Of a DNA stretch of 64,000 nucleotides, positions 63,201-64,000 are shown in pieces; the stretch's first letter is position 1, and every line of letters begins with the position of its first letter. Source of the DNA: Candidatus Gastranaerophilales bacterium (GTDB taxonomy: Bacteria > Cyanobacteriota > Vampirovibrionia > Gastranaerophilales > Gastranaerophilaceae); the NCBI GenBank assembly GCA_944326635.1, contig CALVEU010000001.1, forward strand, positions 1,685 through 65,684, given 5' to 3'. Both the position numbers and the translations under genes were made by a program. A model generated the notes under the pieces. It saw only the letters and a program-made list of their open reading frames with translations, had not been told where the DNA came from and did no database searches.

Positions 63201-63375
63201 TTTTGCTGGGCCAAATAGGCATAAATTGAACATGGATATTTATCCGAAAACAAAACATGAAATGCAGTTAATAGGAAATTCTGGTGATCAGGAAGTATAT
63301 CTTGATTATGATGCAGAAAGACATATATTCGGAAAAGATAAAGTCACAGAAATTGAGATGTATAAATTAAGATAA
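60280..63375 (+). CDS. Large hypothetical protein: N-terminal MYINSI...VSFGS leader, seven ~38-aa tandem repeats, long helical region and a Cys-containing C-terminal domain
   Basis: Repeats with the core [DN]KYLSDE[EK]LY[DNK]NK span about nt 60625-61410. C-terminal GLGNDAQCCTGLG...LILDNIE. Start chosen downstream of the clpB terminator (alternative 60235). Confidence 0.65.
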   Translation: MYINSILFQKKSKKNNLSKPNLQKTASFEVEPKINMLSLGSYNYCSLVQNQVSFGSVNSFIQNFILFFKNNSKNNKELIYELSDTQFQKLLFEVKIKLKELGINPIINKKNILLIKKFYSDEKLCNNKNVKRKIEKIISNIRTVEQVKIVNKYLSDEELYNNPYVNRNLILIMNYTKTAEQAKIADLYFSNKSLYDNKNIALWIGSIISDIKTPEQFKIANKYLSSEKFYDNKYDTLGGGNIICSTKSKEQAQARLVIMDKYLSDERLYDNKNFKSLIINIIGNTNNIELANARINLIDKYLSDEKLYGNKIFEDNIGKIILKGRTSAILKGNVNLIDKYLSDEKLYKNKLINKNIGIMLNNNNSHEETLENLKILDFYINGGDILHKNLIQSAIEHKNLLKSAHSDITDDVIKEVFARLELRKVLHLIGLNNIEAAFPLTFDNFMDFVKGIANLKLSPYNEELILQKFNPLFCEKYKNLANEISLLKKILSTMLSESSIKQIQGLNAQKKILESKINILKNDKLVDKDEVKKLQKQFKIISNKIQQIYFSNPECKELIEEIDIKTKVLRNLVIENRKLNPYEVVTKMNVLSVLEKFSTEEEMTKFINLIKLSTPENDKLWNEAINKKIFEKLDIDYNEQLSKKLDLVNCPYLSKMFMSCNDFWDNLRILVNIIKQNLNLSIEQAIDKMSQNIKTKQLFEELGIDYEKWTKIDKNSYKKLNISVDLEAVKRKAIENLEEDLNDDLFRLIPKEITEDIFKRLKKKLGVTFEKSQKSNWGGDGFNTGTRSYYRLYKDRNPITFEDMNSILSEIKNSINSNDFWTIKNKDSKIETARSTLYTHLIKMRINEVENALNFKEGENIQIEVRKTNMYDIKKALGLGNDAQCCTGLGKNSNEWTAPTYIMNKCIGAIELTDKGKFVGNTMIYLAYVDDKLSLILDNIELKTKYQNNDKIRDAFLDYAKKLCEEIGKPDIPIFAGPNRHKLNMDIYPKTKHEMQLIGNSGDQEVYLDYDAERHIFGKDKVTEIEMYKLR

Positions 63376-63446
63376 AAAATATTGTAAATATTAATAGAAT
63401 GCTATATTTTTATAGATTATTGTATATCATTATTTAATTGTAACAA

Positions 63447-63476
63447 AAAGCCGGTAAAAAATGTTTTACCGGCTTT
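63447..63476. terminator. Bidirectional intrinsic terminator
   Basis: AAAGCCGGTAAAA-aatg-TTTTACCGGCTTT, a 13-bp stem. Confidence 0.8.
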
Positions 63477-63495
63477 ACATATCCATAATCATCAA

Positions 63496-63645
63496 CTATA
63501 CTTTAGCTGCTTTGTCTGCAACTAAATCTTCTGTTTCTTCAATCTTTTTCATCACTTCATCAATTTGTTCACGTAAGTATTCCATGAACATACCAATTTC
63601 TTCTTTAAAACTGTATACACCTGGCCAACTTATGTAACCGTACAT
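63496..63645 (-). CDS. Small hypothetical protein (49 aa), absent from the ORF track
   Basis: My translation is MYGYISWPGVYSFKEEIGMFMEYLREQIDEVMKKIEETEDLVADKAAKV*. Strong SD AAAGGAGA 7 nt upstream. Followed by the 63447-76 terminator. Confidence 0.5.
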   Translation of the reverse strand: MYGYISWPGVYSFKEEIGMFMEYLREQIDEVMKKIEETEDLVADKAAKV

Positions 63646-63721
63646 TTTTAAATCTCCTTTTTGTCTAACCTATCAACATTTTTTGTATCGGTCATTTGTA
63701 GGAGAAACTTTAATAAATTGA

Positions 63722-64000
63722 TTAATTATTTAATAATTTGTTACAATATTCATTTATGTCGTTACATTTGTATTTAGGAATGTAGTCAACATCATAATTT
63801 TCAGCTATTTGTCGAATATTGCTTGTTGCAGAAATAATAATAATTTTGGTATTTTTGTATTCGTTAAAAAATTTAATTTGCTTGATGAACCATTCCCCTG
63901 CATAAAGCGGAATAAAATCCGGTTCCATCTGCATATCAGTGAATATAAAATCATATGGTGAATCAATTGATAATGTTAGTTTTTCAACACCTTCTTTTGC
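63722..64000 (-). CDS. Response-regulator receiver (CheY-like) domain protein, 5' end beyond window
   Basis: The frame stays open to nt 64000: ...SPYDFIFTDMQMEPDFIPLYAGEWFIKQIK...KIIIISATS...VDYIPKYK. These match the phospho-acceptor D, the T/S and the K positions of receiver domains. Confidence 0.65.
   Translation of the reverse strand, partial: AKEGVEKLTLSIDSPYDFIFTDMQMEPDFIPLYAGEWFIKQIKFFNEYKNTKIIIISATSNIRQIAENYDVDYIPKYKCNDINEYCNKLLNN

Overview
Visibly AT-rich, gene-dense chromosomal segment with about 72 protein genes and 2 tRNAs. I saw no rRNA, CRISPR array, transposase or integrase. The housekeeping backbone is eno, pnuC, bcp, bioB, a PiT/DUF47 phosphate pair, a CDF exporter, ispF, nudF-like, pcrA, ffh, dapF, rpsF-ssb-rpsR, hisS, nrnA-like, rseP, speE and clpB. 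Diderm hallmarks are present: a porin-like beta-barrel, TonB_C-domain proteins, an SLT transglycosylase and RseP. The FTLAE(I/V)LITLGIIGVV pilin leaders and a short DprA-like gene suggest a Melainabacteria/Vampirovibrionia (Gastranaerophilales-like) gut lineage. That taxonomic call is a low-confidence guess from memory, not a search result.

Accessory content worth a second look:
1. Four paralogous, dispersed pilin-like genes. Three of them are each paired head-to-head with a tiny DNA-binding gene. One pair has a perfect 38-bp palindrome, and one partner is a 54-aa RHH gene missing from the ORF track.
2. At least seven unrelated proteins share an N-terminal leader: M-[KRY]-[IV]-x-x-I, then an N/Q/K/S-rich stretch, then [IVF]-[SN]-F-[GTQ]-x. 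They include a classic AAA+ ATPase, a 580-aa triple-repeat protein, a pentein-fold enzyme and a roughly 1030-aa repeat protein.
3. The divergent AAA+/580-aa pair has a palindromic operator and a promoter-proximal terminator.
4. Two dispersed repeat families. One is a gene-co-oriented element that starts at stop codons. The other is a 66-nt MITE-like element with terminal inverted repeats.
5. A terminator whose 3' arm is the Shine-Dalgarno of the next gene, a DJ-1/PfpI gene.
6. A 0.7-kb single-gene insertion next to tRNA-Ser, flanked by direct repeats.
7. A decayed homing-endonuclease-type DNA-binding pseudogene.
8. An unusual density of small XRE/RHH regulators (7).

All functional calls rest on motifs read by eye from the translations. 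No database search was possible.
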